Below are positions 25,310 to 32,774 of a DNA stretch of 32,903 nt, in pieces. The notes under the pieces were generated by a model, which searched no databases, was not told where the DNA came from, and saw nothing but the letters and a program-made list of their open reading frames with translations. Source of the DNA: a virus; the IMG/VR virus record IMGVR_UViG_3300001346_000002; one strand, 5' to 3'. A program made the position numbers and the translations under genes. The first letter of the stretch is position 1. Every line of letters starts with the position of its first letter.

Positions 25310-25828
25310 ATGCCACGCTGTAAAGTTTGTAAAGATAAATTTGAGCCTAAGTACTTTCTCCAGAAAACTTGCTTTGAGCCTAGCTGTATTTTGGAATGGA
25401 AAAACAAAGTAAAAGCCAAAGAATGGAAAGCAGAAAAGAAAGTATTAAAGGATAAGCTAAAAACTTACAGCGACCATGTTAAAGAGCTGCAAGTAATAGT
25501 AAACAAATATGTAAGACTAAGAGATAAAGACAAAGGATGTATAAGCTGCGATGCTCCATTACTAGGAAAGTACGATGCAGGACATTACTACTCAGCAGGA
25601 GGTAACCCAGAATTAAGATTTAACATAGACAACATTCATGGGCAATGTGTTTACTGCAATCAACATCGACATGGAGCTTTATTAGATTATACTGAAAGGC
25701 TACCAAATAGAATAGGGTTGTGTAGATTTGCAGAACTAAAGAAACTAAGGGGAGTAGCAAAGAAGTATTCAATCCCTGACCTGGTAGAATTAAAAGTAAT
25801 TTATAAGGACAAAACAAAAAAGTTGTAA
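25310..25828 (+). CDS. ninG: NinG/Rap-like recombination endonuclease
   Basis: N-terminal Cys pairs (CKVCKDKF..CFEPSC) plus the C-terminal stretch GCISCD..AGHYYSAG..NIHGQCVYCNQHRHG match the lambda NinG family pattern. Confidence 0.6.
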   Translation: MPRCKVCKDKFEPKYFLQKTCFEPSCILEWKNKVKAKEWKAEKKVLKDKLKTYSDHVKELQVIVNKYVRLRDKDKGCISCDAPLLGKYDAGHYYSAGGNPELRFNIDNIHGQCVYCNQHRHGALLDYTERLPNRIGLCRFAELKKLRGVAKKYSIPDLVELKVIYKDKTKKL

Positions 25829-25894
25829 TAAAATTTTTTTATTCGGAATATCTTTTTTACTATTGTTTAAAATTAACTAAATAAACTAAACACT

Positions 25895-26080
25895 ATGGAA
25901 AAGAATCATAAAGCATTATTATTAAAAGTAACTATAATCACAAAACAGTTATTAAAAAGAGGTTTTTCTGTTAAAGAAGCGAAGGAATTAATAATGCTTA
26001 CAATAGTACCTCATAAAAAGTTAATTGATAAAGGTAATGTTTATCAATCACTTTGCGATTTAGATAGACTAATATTTTAA
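25895..26080 (+). CDS. Hypothetical protein, 61 aa
   Basis: ORF with the ACTATGGAAA start context after a 66-nt AT-rich gap. Confidence 0.45.
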   Translation: MEKNHKALLLKVTIITKQLLKRGFSVKEAKELIMLTIVPHKKLIDKGNVYQSLCDLDRLIF

Positions 26081-26090
26081 ACAAAAAAAT

Positions 26091-26351
26091 ATGAATATTT
26101 TAAAAGAAGCAGATAAAATAATAAACGAAAGAGCAGAAGAAAAAGAAAGAGCTTATGGACCATTTGAAGATTCAATGACAAAAGCCGCCTCTATTGCATC
26201 GGAATTATGTAATAAGCACATAACTACAGAAGACTTCTATAAGTGCATGATAGCTCTTAAGATGAGCCGTATGGCATATAATTTGAAAGAAGATACATTG
26301 CTAGATTGTGTAGCTTATGTTGGTGCGCTAAATAACTACAAAAATGATTAA
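26091..26351 (+). CDS. Small conserved phage protein (DUF6378-like by recollection), co-translated with the ThyA-fold gene
   Basis: The pattern ERAYGPFEDS..IAS..ITTEDFYKCMIALKMSRMAYN..EDTLLDCVAYVGAL resembles a widespread ~90-aa phage family that often sits beside nucleotide-metabolism genes. It overlaps the next gene by 8 nt. Confidence 0.4.
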   Translation: MNILKEADKIINERAEEKERAYGPFEDSMTKAASIASELCNKHITTEDFYKCMIALKMSRMAYNLKEDTLLDCVAYVGALNNYKND

Positions 26352-27105
26352 CAACAGATTTGAACGAGACTACAAGCATCTTTTAATGGAGTGCTTAATA
26401 AATGGAGAACTGACAAATAATAGGACAGGCGTAAAAACATACAAGCTTTTTAACAAGACATTTAATATAGACCTACAGAAAGGTTTTCCAATTGTAACAG
26501 CAAAAAAAATAAACTTTAGCTTTGGGTTACACGAGTTTTTATGGATATTCAATGGCAGAACAGACTTAGCTTATTTAAACGAGCATGGTATAAAATGGTG
26601 GAATGGGTTTGCCAAAAATGGAAAGCTAGGTAAAGTATACGGCTATCAGTTAAGAAAGTTTGGGGGCAGTTTTGACCAAGTAGACTATGTTATTAATGAA
26701 ATAAAAAACAACTCCAGAAGAGCTGTTATAAGTTTATGGAACCCAAACGATTTAAAAGAGCAAGCCTTGCCATGTTGTTATACTCATTTTAACTTTGTTA
26801 GAGCTGGGAATAACTTAAATATGTCAATGGACTTTAGAAGCTCAGATATGTTTTTAGGGTTGCCTTATGATATAATTGTAGGAGCTTTACTATTAACTAC
26901 TATAGCAAAAGAGTGTGAACTTACGCCGAGCAAGCTGGGTATAAATTTAAAAGATGCACATATTTATGAAAATCATAAAGAGCAAGTAATAGAATACAAT
27001 AGAACAGAAACACATGTACTACCCTCTTTGACAGGAGGCATTGAAAAATACGAGTTAGATAATTATACTCACGGCAAATATATTAAAGCAAAACTAAATA
27101 AATAA
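26344..27105 (+). CDS. Thymidylate-synthase-fold pyrimidine C5-(hydroxy)methylase with Asp at the ThyA Asn177 position; predicted to be dCMP-specific
   Basis: It aligns without gaps to E. coli ThyA blocks: NRTG (R21), HEFLW (E58), SRRAVISLWNP (R126/R127), ALPCCY (Cys146) and FRSSDMFLGLPYD against QRSCDVFLGLPFN. Residue 177 is therefore Asp, not Asn. Confidence 0.7.
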   Translation: MINNRFERDYKHLLMECLINGELTNNRTGVKTYKLFNKTFNIDLQKGFPIVTAKKINFSFGLHEFLWIFNGRTDLAYLNEHGIKWWNGFAKNGKLGKVYGYQLRKFGGSFDQVDYVINEIKNNSRRAVISLWNPNDLKEQALPCCYTHFNFVRAGNNLNMSMDFRSSDMFLGLPYDIIVGALLLTTIAKECELTPSKLGINLKDAHIYENHKEQVIEYNRTETHVLPSLTGGIEKYELDNYTHGKYIKAKLNK

Positions 27106-27114
27106 ACAAAAATT

Positions 27115-27444
27115 ATGAAAAACCAATTTGAATTAATTAGAGAATGGGCAGAGTCAAAAGGAATCTATGAGAAAGGAGATGTAAAGACTCAATATGTAAA
27201 ACTTCAAGAAGAAGCAGGGGAATTAGCAAAAGCTATAATGAAAGATAATTATGAAGAGTTTGTAGATGCTATAGGAGATTGTGTTGTTGTTTTAACAAGT
27301 ATAGCTGAGTTAGGAAATAAGCATTTTAATATTCAGCCTTTTGACAAGCAATTAACTATTGAAGAGTGTATTGATACAGCTTATAATGTTATAAATAAAA
27401 GAACAGGTAAAATGATTAATGGAACTTTTGTAAAAGATAATTGA
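27115..27444 (+). CDS. mazG: MazG-like all-alpha NTP pyrophosphohydrolase, 109 aa
   Basis: The metal-binding motifs are KLQEEAGELAKAI (EExxE) and FVDAIGDCVVVL (DxxD). The size is typical of phage MazG. Confidence 0.7.
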   Translation: MKNQFELIREWAESKGIYEKGDVKTQYVKLQEEAGELAKAIMKDNYEEFVDAIGDCVVVLTSIAELGNKHFNIQPFDKQLTIEECIDTAYNVINKRTGKMINGTFVKDN

Positions 27445-27445
27445 T

Positions 27446-27862
27446 ATGAGGAAATATATAGCAAAAATAAATATAACAGAAGCGCTTTTAAAAGAGAGCA
27501 CAGGGTATATAGGAGAGAAAGTATTTGAACAATGGTTTATGAACAACTTTCAAGGAGAACAACTATTTAAACAAAACGCTGATAGAGATTACCAGCAGAT
27601 TGATTTTGTAGATGACAAGGGCTATAAGTATCAAGTGAAAGCTACAAGAGAAAAGACTTATACGTTTAATTGTATATTAGAAGATATTGAGGAGCATTTA
27701 GCAAGTGACGTATATGTATTGATACAAATAAAAAATAAAGTTGCCTATATTGAAACCTTTTACAATAAAGAGTATATAAAACAAAATATAAATCAAAGCT
27801 TTAAATATAATAATAGTTTTATATGGGCGAAAGATCTACAGCAAAATGTATTAGATATATGA
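27446..27862 (+). CDS. PD-(D/E)XK nuclease-like protein, 138 aa
   Basis: GEKVFEQWF (E) .. QIDFVDDKGYKYQVKAT (D..QxK) is compatible with a restriction-endonuclease-like core. This is a weak, motif-only assignment. Confidence 0.35.
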   Translation: MRKYIAKINITEALLKESTGYIGEKVFEQWFMNNFQGEQLFKQNADRDYQQIDFVDDKGYKYQVKATREKTYTFNCILEDIEEHLASDVYVLIQIKNKVAYIETFYNKEYIKQNINQSFKYNNSFIWAKDLQQNVLDI

Positions 27863-27978
27863 AGCAATTAAATATGTTAACCCATATCGATAAAATAAAC
27901 CCACCTAAAAAGAAAAAACCAAGTAAATATATTCTTAAAAATATTGTATTAAAAAAAGTATTATATTTACAAACGTGA
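27859..27978 (+). CDS. Micro-ORF, 39 aa, basic
   Basis: Hand-translated MKQLNMLTHIDKINPPKKKKPSKYILKNIVLKKVLYLQT. It has an ATGA overlap upstream and a GTGA overlap with the sigma-like gene. It also contains the promoter-like box at 27954..27969, so its coding status is uncertain. Confidence 0.3.
   Translation: MKQLNMLTHIDKINPPKKKKPSKYILKNIVLKKVLYLQT
27954..27969 (+). promoter_or_regulatory. Promoter-like box AAAAGTATTATATTTA, 5 nt upstream of the GTG at 27975
   Basis: The 15-mer is identical to 18967..18981, and GTATTATATTTA also occurs at 25190..25201. Confidence 0.35.
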
Positions 27979-28451
27979 ACGAAGCATTTTTAAAAGAGAA
28001 ACAGCAAGTAATAGAAACTGCTTGTAAGAATATTTGCAAACATTCTGACATCTGGAAAGACTTAGCGCAGGAGGTAAACATATATTTTCTAACGAATGAG
28101 TTACCTAGCAACCTCAATAAGATAGATGGGTTTATATTTGTAGTAGCTTATAAAATGTTTCACTTGTCAGGTAGCGAGTTTAACCGTTTGCATTTTGATA
28201 ATGTTTTACAAGAATCTACAGAACTTGACTACTTAAAATTAAAAGATATTCCGTATATTAGTAACAATGTTTACAAGGAGTATTTAGAGCAAGTGAAACA
28301 GTTAGACGAAATGGAACGTATTTGGGTAGAGGAGATAGTTAAAAGAAACCTATCTATAAAACTATTCTCAGACCACACAGGGATACATAGAACCACAGCA
28401 AAGGAACGAATGGAAAGTATATACAACAAAATAAGAAATAATAACAAATGA
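27975..28451 (+). CDS. ECF-like sigma factor / late transcription regulator. GTG start.
   Basis: The region-2-like segment is DLAQEVNIYFL .. FIFVVAYKMF. The region-4-like HTH is LDEMERIWVEEIVKRNLSIKLFSDHTGIHRTTAKERMESIYNKIR. Confidence 0.5.
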   Translation: MNEAFLKEKQQVIETACKNICKHSDIWKDLAQEVNIYFLTNELPSNLNKIDGFIFVVAYKMFHLSGSEFNRLHFDNVLQESTELDYLKLKDIPYISNNVYKEYLEQVKQLDEMERIWVEEIVKRNLSIKLFSDHTGIHRTTAKERMESIYNKIRNNNK

Positions 28452-28693
28452 GCATAATAGTAATTTCAATACTGGCGATACTAGGATGGACTAGCATATT
28501 CAAACAAACCTTTACAACTAAAGAGGGGTTTAAATATGTTTATGAGCCGATAAGTAAGATACTTTATACATTAGACTTTAAGCCTGTGAGCTGTGCTTAT
28601 TGTTTGTCTTTCTGGATAGGTCTAGTTTTTACTATTGTTTCACTAGATTTAAGTTATATGGTTATATTTTTATACTTTGCAAAACAAGACTAA
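28448..28693 (+). CDS. Small membrane protein, 81 aa, about 3 hydrophobic segments
   Basis: Hydrophobic segments IIVISILAILGW and CAYCLSFWIGLVFTIVSL..MVIFLYF. It has a 4-nt overlap upstream. Confidence 0.5.
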   Translation: MSIIVISILAILGWTSIFKQTFTTKEGFKYVYEPISKILYTLDFKPVSCAYCLSFWIGLVFTIVSLDLSYMVIFLYFAKQD

Positions 28694-29106
28694 TGGATTA
28701 CAGAAAACTTAAATGGGGAGCTTTAAAGAGCTATGCAACTAAGCTAGGGATAAACACCAAAGGAATGACTAAAGTTATTCTATTAGAGTGGTTAGATGCT
28801 ATGCCAGACGTAGCACATGGAATAGAGGAGCTAACACCTTTTACAGGTATTAAGCAAGAGCATCCATTATTTGAGGAGATAAAAGACTACTTACCATATT
28901 TGAAAGCATATAAAAAGCTCCATGCAATTAGTCCAGTACCAGAAGTGAACAAAGCAATAGCTGCATTATTCTTAAAATACATAGAGGAGGATAAAAACAT
29001 TAGGTTAAATTTAGGCTGTGGAATATGCAAGCAGAGATATTATGAGAGAATGATAGCAGGATATAATAGGTTAGTAGATGAGTATGGAGGAGGAGAACGT
29101 ATATAG
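28693..29106 (+). CDS. Hypothetical protein with an N-terminal SAP/HeH-like motif, 137 aa. I prefer the start at 28693 over 28600.
   Basis: The TAATG junction with the upstream stop gives MDYRKLKWGALKSYATKLGINTKGMTKVILLEWL, a SAP-like helix-extended-helix. The 28600 start would overlap the membrane-protein gene by 94 nt. Confidence 0.45.
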   Translation: MDYRKLKWGALKSYATKLGINTKGMTKVILLEWLDAMPDVAHGIEELTPFTGIKQEHPLFEEIKDYLPYLKAYKKLHAISPVPEVNKAIAALFLKYIEEDKNIRLNLGCGICKQRYYERMIAGYNRLVDEYGGGERI

Positions 29107-29245
29107 CTACTGTTTAGAAGTCCACGAGGATGGAAACCTCTACATGGTAACTGAGTATATGAATGGATACATAACTATTTGGGCAGCGAATGCTACAATA
29201 GAAGCAGATGGAGAAGTATATTTTATTAACTTATATGAAGACTAA
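29078..29245 (+). CDS. Micro-ORF, 55 aa (MSMEEENVYSYCLEVHEDGNLYMVTEYMNGYITIWAANATIEADGEVYFINLYED)
   Basis: Hand-translated. It bridges the gap between 29106 and the lipoprotein gene and overlaps both neighbours. Confidence 0.35.
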   Translation: MSMEEENVYSYCLEVHEDGNLYMVTEYMNGYITIWAANATIEADGEVYFINLYED

Positions 29246-29567
29246 ACTAATAATATTACTTATTTTTATTTGTAGCTGTTCTACAAGCAAAGACCTAGAG
29301 AACGGTATTTTTAAAAATGGTTACTCTCTGAATAAGTTTAACACCAATTTATTCGATGTAACATTAAATGATGTGGTAATAGCTCATGTAACATCTATCG
29401 AATGGGAATATTTTAAGGGCAAGCTAGTAAGGGAGGTATCGGTAACAACTAAGAACCATATGAAAGACAAAGACATTATAGATATGATAAAATTCCTACA
29501 TTCTAAGTATCCTGACTTTAAAATAGAAGTGAATAACGATAATACAGATAAGTTTTATGAAGATTAA
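29235..29567 (+). CDS. Putative lipoprotein, 110 aa. The ORF track starts it at 29208.
   Basis: From the ATG at 29235 the sequence reads MKTKLIILLIFICSCSTSK, a signal peptide with a lipobox-like Cys. Confidence 0.5.
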   Translation: MKTKLIILLIFICSCSTSKDLENGIFKNGYSLNKFNTNLFDVTLNDVVIAHVTSIEWEYFKGKLVREVSVTTKNHMKDKDIIDMIKFLHSKYPDFKIEVNNDNTDKFYED

Positions 29568-29721
29568 ACGTAAACACTACAAAGCTCTACAGTACGCCTC
29601 TTTAATTCAGAGGTGGAAATACTTACCCAGAAACTTTATATTTGAAGTGGTAAACAATAGCGAGGTAAACGAACAGATGTTAAACAGAAATAGAATAGAG
29701 CAGAATGGTAAAAGAATTTGA
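29557..29721 (+). CDS. Micro-ORF, 54 aa, basic
   Basis: Hand-translated MKIKRKHYKALQYASLIQRWKYLPRNFIFEVVNNSEVNEQMLNRNRIEQNGKRI. It overlaps both neighbours. Confidence 0.35.
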   Translation: MKIKRKHYKALQYASLIQRWKYLPRNFIFEVVNNSEVNEQMLNRNRIEQNGKRI

Positions 29722-29863
29722 AGAAATGGATTGGAGTAAAGAATACACATATAAAGATAAAAAGATATACATAAGTCATGAGACTAAGAAGTATATTATC
29801 TGTTCTTTTAACGAGAACGGAGTAGGAAAGTTTAAGCTAGATAAAACAGAGTTCTATGGGTAA
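29705..29863 (+). CDS. Micro-ORF, 52 aa
   Basis: Hand-translated MVKEFEEMDWSKEYTYKDKKIYISHETKKYIICSFNENGVGKFKLDKTEFYG. It overlaps the next ATG by 8 nt. Confidence 0.35.
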   Translation: MVKEFEEMDWSKEYTYKDKKIYISHETKKYIICSFNENGVGKFKLDKTEFYG

Positions 29864-30152
29864 TGCCTTAGTGAATAAATGGCAAAGTAAACTAGGGTTA
29901 AAAGAGTGGAGCTTTACTACAGAGGAGATACAACCTGAGCAAGTTACTTATGGGGGTTATGTCCCCCAAAAAGATAGGTACTTTATAGGGATAGAAATAG
30001 ACAAAGAAAATAAAGCAGGCACTATCTACCACGACAGAGAATTAACAGAAGCGGATATAATACATGAGCTGCTCCATGTTAAGTACCCAAACAAAAGCGA
30101 GGACTGGATAAATACAACAGAAAAACTAATACTAGATGAAAACAATAATTGA
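29856..30152 (+). CDS. Small protein with an HExxH zinc-metallopeptidase motif, 98 aa
   Basis: ADIIHELLHVKYP contains HELLH. This is motif-level evidence only. Confidence 0.4.
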   Translation: MGNALVNKWQSKLGLKEWSFTTEEIQPEQVTYGGYVPQKDRYFIGIEIDKENKAGTIYHDRELTEADIIHELLHVKYPNKSEDWINTTEKLILDENNN

Positions 30153-30381
30153 GTACACAGATTCGGAAGATGACCAAATGGCATTGAAAAGAGCTATTAA
30201 GTCAACTGATATGGCATGTGTATTATTTGAGATACAAATCAACATGAAGAAGAAGATGGTTCACATGCTTGATGCATATAATGCAACGGATGCTGAATAC
30301 GACTTACTAGACAAAGTGTGGGAATGTATCAATGAGGAGTTTGATGCACATGAAATACATATTGATGACTTAATTTTTTAA
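30136..30381 (+). CDS. Acidic hypothetical protein, 81 aa
   Basis: The ORF overlaps the upstream gene by 17 nt and is rich in Asp/Glu. Confidence 0.45.
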   Translation: MKTIIEYTDSEDDQMALKRAIKSTDMACVLFEIQINMKKKMVHMLDAYNATDAEYDLLDKVWECINEEFDAHEIHIDDLIF

Positions 30382-30393
30382 ATAAACTAAACA

Positions 30394-30849
30394 ATGAATA
30401 AAGAGCTAACGCCTAAGGAGCAGAAATTTGCAGAGCTATGTGTAACACTAGGTAATCAAACAGAAGCGTACAGACAGGCTTATAACGTCTCTAATAAAGA
30501 TGCTGAATGGATAAAAGTAAAGGCATCACAGATAGCAAGTAAGGATAACGTAAGGTTAACTATCAACAAACTAAAGGGAGAGCTATCTGAAACACATGGA
30601 ATAGATAGAGCTTTTATCTTACAAGGTTACTTGCAAATCATTTCAGATGCAGACTACACATTCCAGTTAGGAGCAGACAATACGCTAACTAAGGAAGATA
30701 AGCAAGCCTTTTATAGGATCATGAATCAAACTAAGAACACCGACAAAATAAGAGCCTTAGAAGCAATATCTAAAATGATGGGATTGAATGAGCCAGAAGT
30801 AATAGAGCATAAGCATACAGTCAAAACTTATAAAACAAACTGGGGATAA
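30394..30849 (+). CDS. terS: Terminase small subunit (Terminase_2-like)
   Basis: LTPKEQKFAELCVTLGNQTEAYRQAYNVS..AEWIKVKASQIASKDNVRLTI matches the HTH-type small terminase pattern. It lies directly upstream of terL. Confidence 0.75.
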   Translation: MNKELTPKEQKFAELCVTLGNQTEAYRQAYNVSNKDAEWIKVKASQIASKDNVRLTINKLKGELSETHGIDRAFILQGYLQIISDADYTFQLGADNTLTKEDKQAFYRIMNQTKNTDKIRALEAISKMMGLNEPEVIEHKHTVKTYKTNWG

Positions 30850-32058
30850 TTGGAGGAGGTAGACTTATATAGACCACATCCTAAACAAAGGGAGATACAT
30901 AAGGCACTAGACACAGATATAAAGTATTGTATAGTTTCTATTGGTAGGCAGTTTGGGAAGTCTACACTAGGGGAGAATCAATCTATTAAATGGGCATTAG
31001 AAAATAGCCATTGGAAAATAGGATGGGTTAGTCCAATATACAAACAAGCTAAGAAAGTTTTTAAGGACATAGAGAAAGCTGTAATAGGCTGCCCATTTAT
31101 TACCAACGTAAACAAAGGAGACTTAATACTAGAATTTGCTACAGATAGCTCTATACAGTTCTACTCAGCAGATGCCTATGATAGTATTAGAGGGGAGACA
31201 TTTGACGCTTTAATATGTGATGAGTTCGCATTCTTTAAACCCGAAGCATGGAACGAAGTACTTAAAGCTACTGTATTAGTGCGAGGCAAAAAGGTACTTA
31301 TCTTATCCACTCCGAAAGGGAAAAACCAATTTTATAATTTGTTTAACCTAGCAGAACACAATAGCAACTATATTTCATTTAGAGGTAGCTCATACGATAA
31401 CCCATTTATAGACCCTGCTGAAATAAAGGAAGCAGAAAGGAACTTACCAGACCACGTATTTAAGCAGGAGTACCTAGCAGAGTTTTTAGATAATGGGAGT
31501 AGTGTATTCAGAAATATACAAGAGTGCATTAAAACGTCTGTAAACACGTCTAGCCTTTATGCAGGAATAGATTTAGGTAGGTCTGACGATTATACAGTTT
31601 TAACTATTGTAGATTCAAACAATATAGAAGTCTACTCTGAAAGGTGGAGGCACATGGAATGGAGTGCAATAATTAATAACATAGTAACCCAGTTAAATAA
31701 GTACAGACCTAATACCTTAGTAGAAAGTAACGGAGCGCAAGACGCTATCTTCGAACAGATAAGAAACAAGGTAAGCTACAATAAGAACTCAATACAACCA
31801 TTCGTTACCACATCCAAAAGCAAGCAGAATATAATAGAGGACTTAATCGTAAAGTTTGAATCTATGGAGATCGGAATAATTGGACACGATTGGCAGATTA
31901 ATGAGCTAGAAGTATTTACTTACGAATACAATGTAAAGACTAGAGCAATAAAATACAATGCTCCTGTAGGCTTACATGACGATTATGTAATGAGTAGAGC
32001 AATAACTAACCACGCTTTAAAAACTATGAAAAGCTCAGGAAAGTATTTTGTATATTAA
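30850..32058 (+). CDS. terL: Terminase large subunit. TTG start immediately after the terS stop.
   Basis: Walker A is GRQFGKST and Walker B is ALICDEF. The nuclease-domain acidic residues are GIDLGRSDDYTV and GLHDDYVMS. There is no in-frame ATG upstream of Walker A, so the TTG at 30850 is required. Confidence 0.85.
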   Translation: MEEVDLYRPHPKQREIHKALDTDIKYCIVSIGRQFGKSTLGENQSIKWALENSHWKIGWVSPIYKQAKKVFKDIEKAVIGCPFITNVNKGDLILEFATDSSIQFYSADAYDSIRGETFDALICDEFAFFKPEAWNEVLKATVLVRGKKVLILSTPKGKNQFYNLFNLAEHNSNYISFRGSSYDNPFIDPAEIKEAERNLPDHVFKQEYLAEFLDNGSSVFRNIQECIKTSVNTSSLYAGIDLGRSDDYTVLTIVDSNNIEVYSERWRHMEWSAIINNIVTQLNKYRPNTLVESNGAQDAIFEQIRNKVSYNKNSIQPFVTTSKSKQNIIEDLIVKFESMEIGIIGHDWQINELEVFTYEYNVKTRAIKYNAPVGLHDDYVMSRAITNHALKTMKSSGKYFVY

Positions 32059-32088
32059 TATACAACTAATTTAATTTTTTACAATAGA
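32059..32088 (+). promoter_or_regulatory. Conserved 30-nt motif TATACAACTA-N6-TTTTTTACAATAGA, copy B, 5 nt before the ATG at 32094
   Basis: 25 of 30 positions are identical to 10619..10648, with identical block spacing. Confidence 0.5.
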
Positions 32089-32093
32089 CTATT

Positions 32094-32774
32094 ATGAGAA
32101 TACCTAAAAGCCTTAAAGAAGTTTTAGTTAAGGACTACATACAGATAAACAAAATTCGTAGCGCAGAATACGATAACCCTTTTACTAGGACTATAGACCT
32201 ATTGTGTATTTTCAATGACAGAAAGGATGTTTTAAAGTGCAAACCATCTGAGTTAGCTATTGACCTTAACCACTTATTAGTAGAGCCTAGTAGAACTCTA
32301 AAACAGTATTTCACTATTAACGGTAAACGGTACGGAATAGTTAACCATATTAACGATTTGGAAGCAGGGCAATACATGAGCTTCACAACTTATTTAAAAG
32401 GGTTTGCAGATAACCCTAACGTACATATTGAGCAGATGCCTGACATTCTAGCTAGTGTTATCTTTCCAGTAGACAAGAATAATAAGGTAATGGCAATAGA
32501 ACCTAGTTACTTTCGTAACCTAGCAGATGACATACGTAACACAATGTCGATAGAAGATGCTTTCCCGATTTGTGTTTTTTTTTGTCTGCTGTCAGCGAAC
32601 TTACGTCAAACTACTCAGGACTTTTTGAACACGAAACTAGAGAGCATGACGGAGGAGAGCAGGGAAGCGATTTTGGAGGTAGCGAAGGATTTGGAGAAAG
32701 ATGGGGTTGGATTGCCACCCTCGATAACCTCTGCAATGGAGACTTTACAAAAAGACCATATTACGAAAAAATGA
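32094..32774 (+). CDS. Hypothetical virion-assembly protein, 226 aa. This is the 0-frame product of a candidate frameshifting gene (tail-assembly-chaperone-like logic).
   Basis: It is the first ORF of virion block 1 and contains the T9 run at 32575..32583 (codons GTT TTT TTT TGT). The -1 frame is open from 32540 to 32869. Confidence 0.6.
   Translation: MRIPKSLKEVLVKDYIQINKIRSAEYDNPFTRTIDLLCIFNDRKDVLKCKPSELAIDLNHLLVEPSRTLKQYFTINGKRYGIVNHINDLEAGQYMSFTTYLKGFADNPNVHIEQMPDILASVIFPVDKNNKVMAIEPSYFRNLADDIRNTMSIEDAFPICVFFCLLSANLRQTTQDFLNTKLESMTEESREAILEVAKDLEKDGVGLPPSITSAMETLQKDHITKK

Noticed and set aside
27975-27977. Leaderless-mRNA interpretation for the sigma-like gene, because a promoter-like box ends 5 nt upstream of its GTG
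   Set aside because: I did not adopt it as the primary model. GTG is a poor leaderless start codon, and the GTGA overlap with the 39-codon upstream ORF offers translational coupling as an alternative. It remains open and is noted within the sigma finding.
28600-28692. Upstream extension of the 28693..29106 gene (ORF-track start at 28600)
   Set aside because: It would overlap the membrane-protein gene by 94 nt in another frame. The ATG at 28693 forms a TAATG junction with that gene's stop, which is the coupling pattern used throughout this genome.
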